From the NCBI GenBank assembly GCA_001029675.1, contig CP011210.1:517663-581662 (forward strand): a stretch of DNA of 64,000 bases, read 5' to 3'. Below are positions 46,766 through 55,795 of this stretch, one piece after another. Source of the DNA: Candidatus Beckwithbacteria bacterium GW2011_GWC1_49_16 (GTDB taxonomy: Bacteria; Patescibacteriota; Microgenomatia; UBA1400; CG1-02-47-37). Every line of letters begins with the position of its first letter. Within the stretch, counting starts at the first letter, position 1. Under the pieces are notes generated by a model that worked only from the letters and a program-made list of their open reading frames with translations, had not been told where the DNA came from and made no database searches. A program made the position numbers and the translations under genes.

Positions 46766-48045
46766 AGCTTACTTTGAAAGTATTCTAGCAAGTCGGCGGC
46801 TTTGATTCTAGTTTGTTTGGTGGTGTCGCGGTCTCTGACGGTAACAGTATCGTCTTTGAGGCTGTCAAAGTCAACGGTGACGCACCAAGGGGTGCCGGCC
46901 TCGTCCTGGCGGTAGTAACGCTTGCCGATGTTGCCATTATCGTCCCAGGAGGCGGATAACTCATCTTTGAGGTTGTTGAAGATCTTTTTGGCTTTTTTGA
47001 CTAGGTCGGCCTTGTTGGCGAGTAAGGGAAAGACGGCTACCTTGTAGGGAGCAAGCTTGGGGGTAAGTTTTAAAACGACCCTGTCTTTGTCTTTTTTAAT
47101 GTTGTCGGTGAGGATGACCAAAAGGCTCCGGCTCAAACCAAATGTGGGTTCGATGACGTGGGGGATGAACTTTTTGCCGGTGTCGGGGTCGGTGTAGTGA
47201 AGGTCCACACCCGAGCGCTCCATGTGGTTTTTTAAGTCAAAGTCGGTCCGATATGCCACCGCAAACCATTCTTTGAAACCAAAGGGAAACTGGTATTCCA
47301 GATCCTCGGTCCTTTTGGAGTAATGGGAAAGCTCGTCTTTGGTGTGCGGCCGCCAGCGGAGGTTTTTTTTGTTGACCCCCAGCAAGACGGCAAATTTTTC
47401 CACCTCACTCTTCCAAAAGTCAAACTGGTTTTGCCAGTCTTTTTCTCCGATAAAATACTCAAACTCAGCCAGGTCAAACTCCAGCGTCCGAAAGACCTGT
47501 TGGCCTGAAGTGACTTCGTTTCTGAAAACCTTACCCATCTGGGCCAGGCCAAAAGGGAGTTTAGGGGAAAAGGTGTCAAGGACGTTTTTGAAGTTGGTGA
47601 AGCTTCCCTGGGCGGTCTCGCCGCGCAGGTAAGCTAGCGATTGAGACTCGGGGACGATGCCGATGTGGGTTTCAAAAAGTAAGTTGAATTTTTTGGGTTC
47701 GGTCCAGTCAGAAGCGCCGCAATTGGGGCATTTATCATCGGTTAACTGGTCCACTCTGGCTCGCTGGTGGCAGTTTTTACATTCCTTGACCGTATCGGTG
47801 AAACTGCCGACGTGGCCGGAAGCTTGCCAAACTTTGGGGCTCATGATTACCGACGTTTCCAGGCCGTAAATCTCGGCTCGCTTGGTGACAAACTCGTCCC
47901 ACCACAAGACCCGCAAGTTTTTTAAAAGCTCGGCGCCCAAGGGGCCGTAGTCGTAAGTGTTAGCTAGTCCCCCGTAGATCTCGCTGCCGGGGAAGATAAA
48001 GCCGCGGCGTTTGGCCAAAGCGACCACTTCTTTTAACTTATCCAT
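46762..48045 (-). CDS. glyS: Glycine--tRNA ligase, homodimeric (alpha2) type
   Basis: KRRGF....EIYGG...YDYGP.G, YLRGETAQG, FRNE, ELSHYS, PHVIEP, IGKRY.RQDE.GTP. Confidence 0.95.
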   Translation of the reverse strand: MDKLKEVVALAKRRGFIFPGSEIYGGLANTYDYGPLGAELLKNLRVLWWDEFVTKRAEIYGLETSVIMSPKVWQASGHVGSFTDTVKECKNCHQRARVDQLTDDKCPNCGASDWTEPKKFNLLFETHIGIVPESQSLAYLRGETAQGSFTNFKNVLDTFSPKLPFGLAQMGKVFRNEVTSGQQVFRTLEFDLAEFEYFIGEKDWQNQFDFWKSEVEKFAVLLGVNKKNLRWRPHTKDELSHYSKRTEDLEYQFPFGFKEWFAVAYRTDFDLKNHMERSGVDLHYTDPDTGKKFIPHVIEPTFGLSRSLLVILTDNIKKDKDRVVLKLTPKLAPYKVAVFPLLANKADLVKKAKKIFNNLKDELSASWDDNGNIGKRYYRQDEAGTPWCVTVDFDSLKDDTVTVRDRDTTKQTRIKAADLLEYFQSKL

Positions 48046-48085
48046 GAGTTAAATTGTAACCGAGGGGGTATGGTATATTCAAGCT

Positions 48086-49051
48086 ATGAAAGCAGTGGTC
48101 TTAGAAAAATTCGGCCGGCTAAACTATCGTCACTTACCTACTCCCAAACCAAAAGGCGGCGAGGTTTTAGTTAAAGTTAAAGCCTGCGCTCTAAATCGGT
48201 TGGATCTATGGCTTAGAAAAGGCGCCAAGGGAGCCAGCAAAAACATTCTTCTACCCCATATTCTTGGTTCAGACGTAGCTGGAGTGGAGGTCAAAACCGG
48301 CAAAGAAGTGGTGATCAATCCGGCTCTGCCGCAAGGCGTAGGGAAGCCAGTGGGAATTTTTGGCTACAACACTTGGGGCGGTTATGCCGAGTACGTGGTC
48401 GCCCCGCTTGGGCAAGTTTATTCCAAACCAAAGAATTTAAGTTTTGTTGAAGCGGCCGCTTTTCCCCTGACCTTTCTGACTGCCTGGAGGATGCTGACGA
48501 CTAAAGCTAAGTTACAAAAAGGCGAAACGGTCTTTATCTGGGGTGCCTCGGGTGGCCTGGGTTTGGCGGCGATAAAAATTGCCAAATACCTAGATGCCAA
48601 GGTGATTGCGGCGGCTAAAACGCGGGCTGTGGCGGCGAAACTGAAACAACTCGGGGCTGATAAAACCATAGTTTATCCTCAAGGTCGCGTGGTGGAAAAA
48701 GTTAAGGCGCTTACCAATGGAGCCGGGGTTGAGGTGGTTTTTGAAAGCGTCGGTAAGAAAACCTGGCAGGACAGCCTAAACTTACTTGGCTTTAACGGCC
48801 GGGTGGTGATTGCGGGCACGACCAGCGGTGATGTCGGCAGCCAGGACTTGAGCCAAGTTTACTACCGGCAGTTGACCATTTTCGGTTCGAGAATGGGAGA
48901 TAAAAAGGAATTTGAAGAAGTTTTAAGGTTAGTTAACCAGGGCAAACTTAAACCGGTGATTGATAAAGTTTTTCTTTTAAAAGACGCTATCAAGGCCCAA
49001 GCAAGAATGGCGCAAGGCAAACACCTGGGGAAAATCGTGCTGAAGGTTTAG
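48086..49051 (+). CDS. MDR-family (quinone oxidoreductase/ADH-like) oxidoreductase
   Basis: ALNRLD, ILGSD.AG, GGYAEY, LTAWRML, GASGGLG, GKIVL. No structural-Zn cysteine cluster. Confidence 0.88.
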   Translation: MKAVVLEKFGRLNYRHLPTPKPKGGEVLVKVKACALNRLDLWLRKGAKGASKNILLPHILGSDVAGVEVKTGKEVVINPALPQGVGKPVGIFGYNTWGGYAEYVVAPLGQVYSKPKNLSFVEAAAFPLTFLTAWRMLTTKAKLQKGETVFIWGASGGLGLAAIKIAKYLDAKVIAAAKTRAVAAKLKQLGADKTIVYPQGRVVEKVKALTNGAGVEVVFESVGKKTWQDSLNLLGFNGRVVIAGTTSGDVGSQDLSQVYYRQLTIFGSRMGDKKEFEEVLRLVNQGKLKPVIDKVFLLKDAIKAQARMAQGKHLGKIVLKV

Positions 49052-49052
49052 C

Positions 49053-49796
49053 TTAGGCGTGAAAGCGGCTATAAGGTTTTTGCCCTTTTTTGATTACAAA
49101 CACTTCCCCGCTGATGTTATTGGCTTTAGCTGAGCAGAGAAAGGTGGCGTACTGGGCAATCTTTTCCGGAGCAATAGCGTCTTGGATGTATTGAGGAAAA
49201 TATTTTTTATATTGTTCTGTCGCGGTGTCAGAAGGAGAGATACAGTTGATTTGAATGCCTTTGTCTTTTAACTCCTCGGCTAAGCCTAGTGTTAAATCTT
49301 CTATCGCTCGCTTGGAAACATAGTAAGGCAACCACCCTTTGGCGCCCGATTCAAAAGTGCCGGAGATATTGATGATTTTTGAGTTTTTGGGCATGATGGG
49401 GATTAGTCCGTGAGCCAGAAGGGCGGGGGCGATGGTACCGACGCTAAAGGTGTCTAGAATAACCTTTTGGGAGAAAGTCTCGAAGTTTTTGCCGGCATAG
49501 ACTTGGGTTTTCCCGTGCCAGATGCCGGCAACGTTAACAAGAATGTTTAATTCTTGGGTTTTTCTTTTAAGAGTGCTTATGAGAGAATTTATTGAGGAGA
49601 TTTTACCTAAGTCGGCGGCTACTAATTCTGCTTGGCCGCCTTGAGACTCAATCATGTTTTTAGTTTTTTCAAGCTCTTGGCGGCGGCGAGCGGTAATAAA
49701 AACTTTGACACCTTCTTTTGCCAACTCTATAGCTATGGCCCGGCCGATGCCGATGCTGGCGCCGGTGACCAGGGCAGTTTTAACTTGAAGACTCAT
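49053..49796 (-). CDS. SDR-family oxidoreductase
   Basis: TGASIGIG, NVAG, YYVSK. Start set at ATG 49796. Confidence 0.9.
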   Translation of the reverse strand: MSLQVKTALVTGASIGIGRAIAIELAKEGVKVFITARRRQELEKTKNMIESQGGQAELVAADLGKISSINSLISTLKRKTQELNILVNVAGIWHGKTQVYAGKNFETFSQKVILDTFSVGTIAPALLAHGLIPIMPKNSKIINISGTFESGAKGWLPYYVSKRAIEDLTLGLAEELKDKGIQINCISPSDTATEQYKKYFPQYIQDAIAPEKIAQYATFLCSAKANNISGEVFVIKKGQKPYSRFHA

Positions 49797-49852
49797 TAGA
49801 GAAATTATAGCAGAGCCAGCCAAAACTGTTTTAGTTTCTTGAGAAGATTAAG

Positions 49853-49881
49853 TTGACAACTGTTAATCTTGAAAGTATACT
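49853..49881 (+). promoter_or_regulatory. Near-consensus sigma70 promoter
   Basis: TTGACA-17 nt-TATACT, 7 nt before ATG 49889. Confidence 0.8.
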
Positions 49882-49888
49882 TCGAACC

Positions 49889-50551
49889 ATGACGGTGGCA
49901 GAGACCGGAGCACAACTCTTCATGCCCCCTATGTGGCCGCACGATTGCGACCACTTTCACAATGATATCTATTACGGCCCCAACTTAGCTTTCGAGGCAA
50001 CCCAAGAGTTAATGGATCATATTCCGGAGGAGACATGGGCTATTCCGGAGGCGTATAGTAGCAGATATAGCGATAACGAACTTATTTGGCCGAGCGAGTA
50101 CAATACCAAAAAACATGATTTTGAATCGGTTCCTAGAAGCGACCAACACTGGCGAAAGCATGTCGATGAACTAATAACCCCTTGGGTCAAATATTTGAAC
50201 AAGGTTGAGAGATTCCTTGATTTTGCAGATGATCTAGACAGACAAATCAAGGCTGGGAAAGGACTTGAGTTTACGGTTGGAGATGCTCTGCTCCATCGCG
50301 ACTACGAGGAGTTAAGAAGCGTAACTGAAAAAACAGTTCCCAAACAATCAACTAGGAAACATTTGGAATCAACTAGGAGTGCATTTGTTTCTTTACTTAG
50401 TCTCGGGGCGAGGCAAGAGCTTGGTTTTAAAAGACTGCCAAAAGTGAAACCGGACGATGAAGGAAACGCCAGGCGTTTGGTAGCTGCTTTTAATCGAAAA
50501 CGAGGCGGTTTGGAAAGAGGATCTGTTTACGCCGGTCCTTATGAGGGTTGA
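49889..50551 (+). CDS. Hypothetical protein
   Basis: ORF whose track start (TTG 49853) is actually the -35 box, so ATG 49889 is preferred. Confidence 0.7.
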   Translation: MTVAETGAQLFMPPMWPHDCDHFHNDIYYGPNLAFEATQELMDHIPEETWAIPEAYSSRYSDNELIWPSEYNTKKHDFESVPRSDQHWRKHVDELITPWVKYLNKVERFLDFADDLDRQIKAGKGLEFTVGDALLHRDYEELRSVTEKTVPKQSTRKHLESTRSAFVSLLSLGARQELGFKRLPKVKPDDEGNARRLVAAFNRKRGGLERGSVYAGPYEG

Positions 50552-50587
50552 GTTAATCTTCAGGTAAGACTAAGACCATCTTGTAGG

Positions 50588-51118
50588 TTATTTGATCTTT
50601 TTAGAATTTAGATGTTTGTCGGTGATGGAGGCAATGTGGGCTTCAAGGCTAGCGCGGCTGGGCGCGGGGGGTAAGCCAAAGCCAAGGTAAGTTAATAGTT
50701 TGGCTTCAAACTGCTCAATCAGGTTTTTGGGGGCAGAGGCAGAATTTAGTTTAGCTAAAGACTCGAGCAGTAACCGGTAGACTTCAGGGTGCTCTTGGCC
50801 CTCGGCGGTTAATTGGTCGGTTAATTCGCAAAGTAAGTAAGCCACCCGCACCCGGTTTAAGTTTTGACGCAGGTTCTTGAAGTTATTTAAGGTTTCCACT
50901 TCGGTAATCAGGTCTAAAGATTTACCCTTGGCGGCTAAGAATTTCACCTGGGTAAAAAGCTCTAAATGGCCCTTTTTTCTAGAGGTGAGGCGACGGACGC
51001 CTTTGGCCAGAAGCTTTAACTTGCCCTGGCGCTGGCTAAAAATAGTCACCAGCCGGTCGGCCTCGGAAAAGTTGTCGCGCTTTAAGACAATACCTTGGCC
51101 CGAGTAAGTCCGGGGCAT
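50588..51118 (-). CDS. recO: DNA repair protein RecO (short form)
   Basis: GIVL...FSEADR.V.IF....GK....AKG.R...S, FE.KLL..LG. Confidence 0.92.
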   Translation of the reverse strand: MPRTYSGQGIVLKRDNFSEADRLVTIFSQRQGKLKLLAKGVRRLTSRKKGHLELFTQVKFLAAKGKSLDLITEVETLNNFKNLRQNLNRVRVAYLLCELTDQLTAEGQEHPEVYRLLLESLAKLNSASAPKNLIEQFEAKLLTYLGFGLPPAPSRASLEAHIASITDKHLNSKKIK

Positions 51119-52981
51119 TTAGAAGCTGACTTGTCTGTCGCCGTCGAGATCAAACTCTTGGATTTGGTTTTCGAAGCTGACGGTATATTTGTGGTTTTTG
51201 CTGCCGGGCTGTTTTTGGATCAGCTGCGAATAACCTTCAGGGTTGACGCTTTCCGGCAGGCGGTACTTGAAAATGATTTTGGTTTTTGACTCGGGTCGGA
51301 GTTCGATAAAGCCCTCGAGCACGGTTTTGTTAAGGTCGAGGCTGGTAGCGGCCTCGATGTCAGAACCCAAAACCTCGACCAGCTCACTGCCTTCGGGAAC
51401 ATAAATTCTGATCCAGTCGCGCAGTAACCCATTAAGGCAAAGGCCGCCTGTTTCCAGGTTGCAGTCATCCGGCGGCTCGGGATTAGTGTAGGTGACGGTG
51501 ACGGTTTTTTCTATCTGGCCGCCTGATACAATAGAGATTTCCTGGTCGATACTTTGCTCGACATAAAGGTTAGATTTGGCACCGGCAAAGTTGGTGTCGA
51601 CCAACATAAAATAGTCCGAATCGGAGGCCTCGATCCTACCGGCAGCGGCAAAAACTTCGGCCACCGATTGCATCGTCTCGTCTTCAAAGTAGAACATTAA
51701 GTGTTTTTCTTTAATGTTATTTAAACCAATCTCGACAAACTGGGGCCATAACTTTTTGGGCGAGTTCATCACGTGGAGTAAAATGGCGTGCATCAAGGGG
51801 CCGATCATGCCTTTGCGGTTTTCCTTGATGTAGTAGGTGGGGCGGGTGGCGTAGTCTTCCATTTTGTAGACCACCTGGGGACAGTTGCATTCGGGGACGA
51901 TTTCGGCGTGGTAATCGCCCCAGTCGGCCACGCCGACTTGGCCGACGACTTTTAAGATATCGACGACGATCTGGGTGTCGATGGCGATGATGCCGTCGAC
52001 GTCGCGGTAAGAGGCTACAGCCTGGTAGTTAGGGAAAAATGTTTCCATGGAGACTTTAAAGTCGGGCGACAGGTTCATGTCCCGAAGATGCCAGTTATAA
52101 ACCAGGGGCAGGTATTTTAAAATCGGCTCGGGAGCGGGCAGGCGGTTGCCGAAGCGGGCGTCTAAAGCGTAGATATCTTCCGATAACACCGGAGTGACTT
52201 TGCCTTTGTGGGTTTCGAGGATGGCGTAGGCGGTCAAAAACCCACCCGAGGCTCTAAGCTCGGCGTCGTTTTGAAACACTAAAAGATAGGTTTTCGGGTC
52301 TGGTTCACCCAAAAGTTGGGGCAGCAGGCTCAAAAGCGGTTTGATGTTTGCTAGCGTCTCCTTGGTGCTTTTGAGGCTGTCTTGGATGGTGATCAATTGG
52401 CCGCGAACGGGCCGACCGCGAAAAGATTGAGGATAGCGGCGGGGGTTTATTTGGCTGATCTCAAACTCAATTTGGGCCACTTTGGCGCTGACGTTGTCAA
52501 GCTCGGGGGCGATCTTGTCCAAAGTATCGAGGATAAAGATAATTTTTTCTTCGGCGGACTGGATGTTTAAATCGGCATCCTTGGCCTCAAAACCCAAAAC
52601 GTCGGCGTAGGGCTTGATGGCAGCCAAAACTATCTGGCCGGCGTCAAGGCTGAAAGAAGTGGCGTTAAGGCCGTGTTGGCCGTCGGAGACGTAACCACCG
52701 TAAACCGGGATAAACTTGGCCCAAGAAATGAGGCGGTATTTAGCTTGGGTGGCCGAAAGCGATTCTCGAGCCTGACTCAAACTCGTTTCGGCGGCGGTTA
52801 AGTCTTTGTTTTGAATGGCAGTAAAACTAGCCCGCAGAGAGTCGAGGGTTTTTTGGGCGGGGGCCTTGACTTGCCAAGCGACGAAAAGACTGTAGACAGT
52901 CAAGACGGCCAAAAAGGCAAAAACTGCCAGGTAGATCTTCTTGGCCCTGGATGAGAGGATGATGGACTTTATTTTTACCAT
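51119..52981 (-). CDS. DUF4012-like membrane-anchored protein
   Basis: YL..FQN..ELR..GGF, RD.N.SPDF, VDG.IA.D, N....K.N, QKQPG. Confidence 0.75.
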   Translation of the reverse strand: MVKIKSIILSSRAKKIYLAVFAFLAVLTVYSLFVAWQVKAPAQKTLDSLRASFTAIQNKDLTAAETSLSQARESLSATQAKYRLISWAKFIPVYGGYVSDGQHGLNATSFSLDAGQIVLAAIKPYADVLGFEAKDADLNIQSAEEKIIFILDTLDKIAPELDNVSAKVAQIEFEISQINPRRYPQSFRGRPVRGQLITIQDSLKSTKETLANIKPLLSLLPQLLGEPDPKTYLLVFQNDAELRASGGFLTAYAILETHKGKVTPVLSEDIYALDARFGNRLPAPEPILKYLPLVYNWHLRDMNLSPDFKVSMETFFPNYQAVASYRDVDGIIAIDTQIVVDILKVVGQVGVADWGDYHAEIVPECNCPQVVYKMEDYATRPTYYIKENRKGMIGPLMHAILLHVMNSPKKLWPQFVEIGLNNIKEKHLMFYFEDETMQSVAEVFAAAGRIEASDSDYFMLVDTNFAGAKSNLYVEQSIDQEISIVSGGQIEKTVTVTYTNPEPPDDCNLETGGLCLNGLLRDWIRIYVPEGSELVEVLGSDIEAATSLDLNKTVLEGFIELRPESKTKIIFKYRLPESVNPEGYSQLIQKQPGSKNHKYTVSFENQIQEFDLDGDRQVSF

Positions 52982-53592
52982 TTGGATACCATGGCTATGG
53001 GAGTTTTAAGAATTATGATCAAATCCCACCACAGGTTATGATGATTAGCATAATTAAGATCCATTTGGGCCCGCTTGTCAAACGAAATAATGTTTCTGCC
53101 CGAAGTCTGCCAGGGGCCGGTGATGCCGGGCTTGACCGAGAGAATCTTTTTTATCCACGGCCGGGTTTGGGGGTATTTTTTGGTCTGGTCGGTCAACTCT
53201 TTTTTGAGGTAGGCCCGGGGGCCGACCAAGCTCATCTCGCCTCTGAAAACATTTATCAACTGGGGGAATTCGTCGAGAGTCAGGTTTCGAAGCAATCTTC
53301 CCAGCTTAGTGATCCTCGGATCGTCTACCAGCTTCCAGTCGTGCTTTTTAAACTGGCGTAAAAGTTTTTTGTCTTTCCGGTGGAGGACGTAGTCGGCGTT
53401 TTTGACCATAGTGCGGAATTTATAAAGGCGAAATTGACGGCCGTCTTGACCAACCCGGCGGTGGGAATAGATGATGGGAAAGCCGGAATCAAACCAGATT
53501 AATAAAGGCACAATCAGCCAGACTGGGAAAAAGATAACGATCAAAACTGCAGTCAGAAAAATGTCCAAAAGGCGCTTTACCGGGGAATACAT
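52975..53592 (-). CDS. Polyprenyl-phosphate sugar transferase (WbaP/WcaJ catalytic domain)
   Basis: KR..DI, YKFRTM, DPRIT..G..LR...LDE.PQ..NV..G.MSLVGPR, KPGITG.WQ. Confidence 0.93.
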   Translation of the reverse strand: MYSPVKRLLDIFLTAVLIVIFFPVWLIVPLLIWFDSGFPIIYSHRRVGQDGRQFRLYKFRTMVKNADYVLHRKDKKLLRQFKKHDWKLVDDPRITKLGRLLRNLTLDEFPQLINVFRGEMSLVGPRAYLKKELTDQTKKYPQTRPWIKKILSVKPGITGPWQTSGRNIISFDKRAQMDLNYANHHNLWWDLIIILKTPIAMVSKW

Positions 53593-53597
53593 GGCGT

Positions 53598-54695
53598 TCA
53601 AGTGTATCTTTCCAGTTTGGTCTTGACAAAACTGGCCAGCATTTTTTTAATCTCGGGAATTGATTCCTGGGGGCAAACTAAAACGGCGTCGCTGGTGACG
53701 ACGACGACCATGCCTTTGACGTCGATGGCGGTGACCAGCTGGTCGGTAAAACCATAGACCAGGCTGTTTTTGGAGTTAAAGCAGACCACCCGGCCGCGGG
53801 TCAGGTTCTGGTTCGGACTGGTCTGAAGCGCTTCTTTCAAAGCTTCCCAGGTGCCGATGTCGCTCCAGCCCAGGTCGGCCGACAAGACCACGGCTTTTTG
53901 GGGAGAAAGTTTGGCTAAAATGGCGTCGTCGAAACTGATCTTTTTGAAAGCGGGGTAGATTTTCTCCAATTTTTTCTGGTGAGTTGGCGTGCCGTAGCTC
54001 ACCTGAAGTTCAACCAGCTTCGAGTACATTTGGGGCAAGTGTTTTTGGTACTGGCTCAAAACAAAACTGGGGTTGACGATAAAGTAGCCGGTGTTCCAGG
54101 CGTAGTGGCGCGAAGCAAAGTATTTTTCGGCTTGGTCCTGGCCGGGGCGGTAGTGCCAAGCTTTAAACTGTTTGAGGGAAAAGCCGTTGATTTGGCTTTC
54201 TTTTTGGCCAAACTTGATCCAACCCAAGTTTTGGTTGGCAAAACGGGGCTTTTGGCCGATGAAGACGATTTTGCCTTTGTGGTCTGAAACGTATTTGGCC
54301 CCCGAAGCCAGGATAGTTTTGAAGGTTTTGACCTTTTTTAATAGGTGATCGCTCCAGAGGATGGCTACCGGGCCATCGGGGTCTTCTTTGGCCAGAATGG
54401 CCATCAAGTAACCCACGGCCGGGGCGACGTCGCGCATCTTGGGTTCGGCGATTAAGTTTTGCTTGGGTAACTGGGGCAACTGCTTTCTTATCAGGGGCGA
54501 GTAGGCCTCACCAGAAGAAACATAAATGTTCTCCCAGGGGGTTTCGGGCCGCAACCTGCCGACTGCCAACTGTAAGGTGGACAGGTCACCGATAATCCGC
54601 TCAAACTGTTTGGGGGTTTTTTTGCGGCTTAAGGGCCACATCCGGGTACCGACCCCGCCGGCGAAAATGACCGCTCTTAGTGATGATTTTTCCAT
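53598..54695 (-). CDS. manC: Mannose-1-phosphate guanylyltransferase
   Basis: AGG.GTR.WPLSR...PKQF, EP..R, SDH, WNTG, ISFD.AI, WSDIG.W. Confidence 0.88.
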   Translation of the reverse strand: MEKSSLRAVIFAGGVGTRMWPLSRKKTPKQFERIIGDLSTLQLAVGRLRPETPWENIYVSSGEAYSPLIRKQLPQLPKQNLIAEPKMRDVAPAVGYLMAILAKEDPDGPVAILWSDHLLKKVKTFKTILASGAKYVSDHKGKIVFIGQKPRFANQNLGWIKFGQKESQINGFSLKQFKAWHYRPGQDQAEKYFASRHYAWNTGYFIVNPSFVLSQYQKHLPQMYSKLVELQVSYGTPTHQKKLEKIYPAFKKISFDDAILAKLSPQKAVVLSADLGWSDIGTWEALKEALQTSPNQNLTRGRVVCFNSKNSLVYGFTDQLVTAIDVKGMVVVVTSDAVLVCPQESIPEIKKMLASFVKTKLERYT

Positions 54696-55795
54696 AATGA
54701 TTTGACTTGGCGCTTTAAGTTTTTGGCAAAGGTGTCATAGTTAAAGTTTTCGGCCTGGCTTTTAATGGCGGCAGCGTTAAATTTGAGTGAATTAAATCTT
54801 TTCACAGAAGCCGCCATGCTGTCAACTGTCTGAGCCGCAAAAAATATGCCGGTTTTATTATCGACGACGGTTTCAGTCGCCCCGCCTTTTTTAAAAGCGA
54901 TGACCGGACGGCCGGCAGCTTGGGCCTCAACGGCGACGATGCCAAAGTCTTCTTCTTGGGGCATGACTAAAGCCCGGCAATGCTGGTAGAGGCTGACCAA
55001 ATTTTTCTCGCCGACCTCACCCAATAAGTAAACGCTGGGCCCGGCCAGACTTTTTAAGCGACCCTCTTCCCTGCCACTGCCGACGATGACTAAGTTTTGC
55101 CTAAGCTGGTTAAAAACTTTAATCGCCAGGTCGACTTTTTTGTACGGGGTAAGGCGGGAAACTACTAGAAAGTAATCCGTAAACCGTAAACCGTAATTAG
55201 TAATTTTTTTAGAAAACTTGGCGGTGTCGACGGGAGGGTAAATCACTTCCGAATCACGATGGTAATATTTTTTAAGTCTTTTTTTGACGGTTTGGGAAAT
55301 AGCCAGATAGTGGTCGGGGCGGCTGGCGCCGACCAGGTCTGCCCGTTTAAGATAAGGGGCGGCGGCGGCAAAGACTTTTTTCCCCAGCCTTGAAAAGCGA
55401 CCTAAGCCGGGGGCATCAAGATAGCTCTGATGGTGAGACCAAAGATAGCGGGTGGGAGTTAGACAGTAACAAAGGTGGCTGGTTTGGGGCTTGGTGACGA
55501 TGGTTTTGGCTTCGGCCGAAGCCACCGAAATGACTAAGTCGAACTGGTCGAAATTAAACGACTCAAAAGCCAACGGCGCCAGCCAGGGATAAAGCTCGTG
55601 GTGGGTTTTGGCTAAAGGCCAGCCTTGAAGAAAAGAGGAGGTTACTTGAGGGAAAACCTTGGCCCAGCCGGCTCCGACTGAATCGTAAACGCTGGTATAC
55701 AAAGGCGCCTCAGGCCAAAGACGATGTAAAGCTAGTAAAATTCTTTCTGCCCCGCCGACTTTGACTACCCGATCGTAAACTAAAGCCAAGTTCAT
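54677..55795 (-). CDS. GT4 glycosyltransferase (WbaZ-like)
   Basis: GGAER, YCLTP.RYLW, IYPPVD, EDFGIV.VEA.A.G.PV. Confidence 0.9.
   Translation of the reverse strand: MNLALVYDRVVKVGGAERILLALHRLWPEAPLYTSVYDSVGAGWAKVFPQVTSSFLQGWPLAKTHHELYPWLAPLAFESFNFDQFDLVISVASAEAKTIVTKPQTSHLCYCLTPTRYLWSHHQSYLDAPGLGRFSRLGKKVFAAAAPYLKRADLVGASRPDHYLAISQTVKKRLKKYYHRDSEVIYPPVDTAKFSKKITNYGLRFTDYFLVVSRLTPYKKVDLAIKVFNQLRQNLVIVGSGREEGRLKSLAGPSVYLLGEVGEKNLVSLYQHCRALVMPQEEDFGIVAVEAQAAGRPVIAFKKGGATETVVDNKTGIFFAAQTVDSMAASVKRFNSLKFNAAAIKSQAENFNYDTFAKNLKRQVKSLWKNHH
55171..55205. repeat. 5 x 7-bp degenerate tandem repeat in a GT4 linker
   Basis: agtaatc cgtaaac cgtaaac cgtaatt agtaatt. Confidence 0.75.

Noticed and set aside
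50346-50378. 12-bp direct repeat AATCAACTAGGA at 21-nt spacing
   Set aside because: A single short in-frame duplication with no further copies seen.
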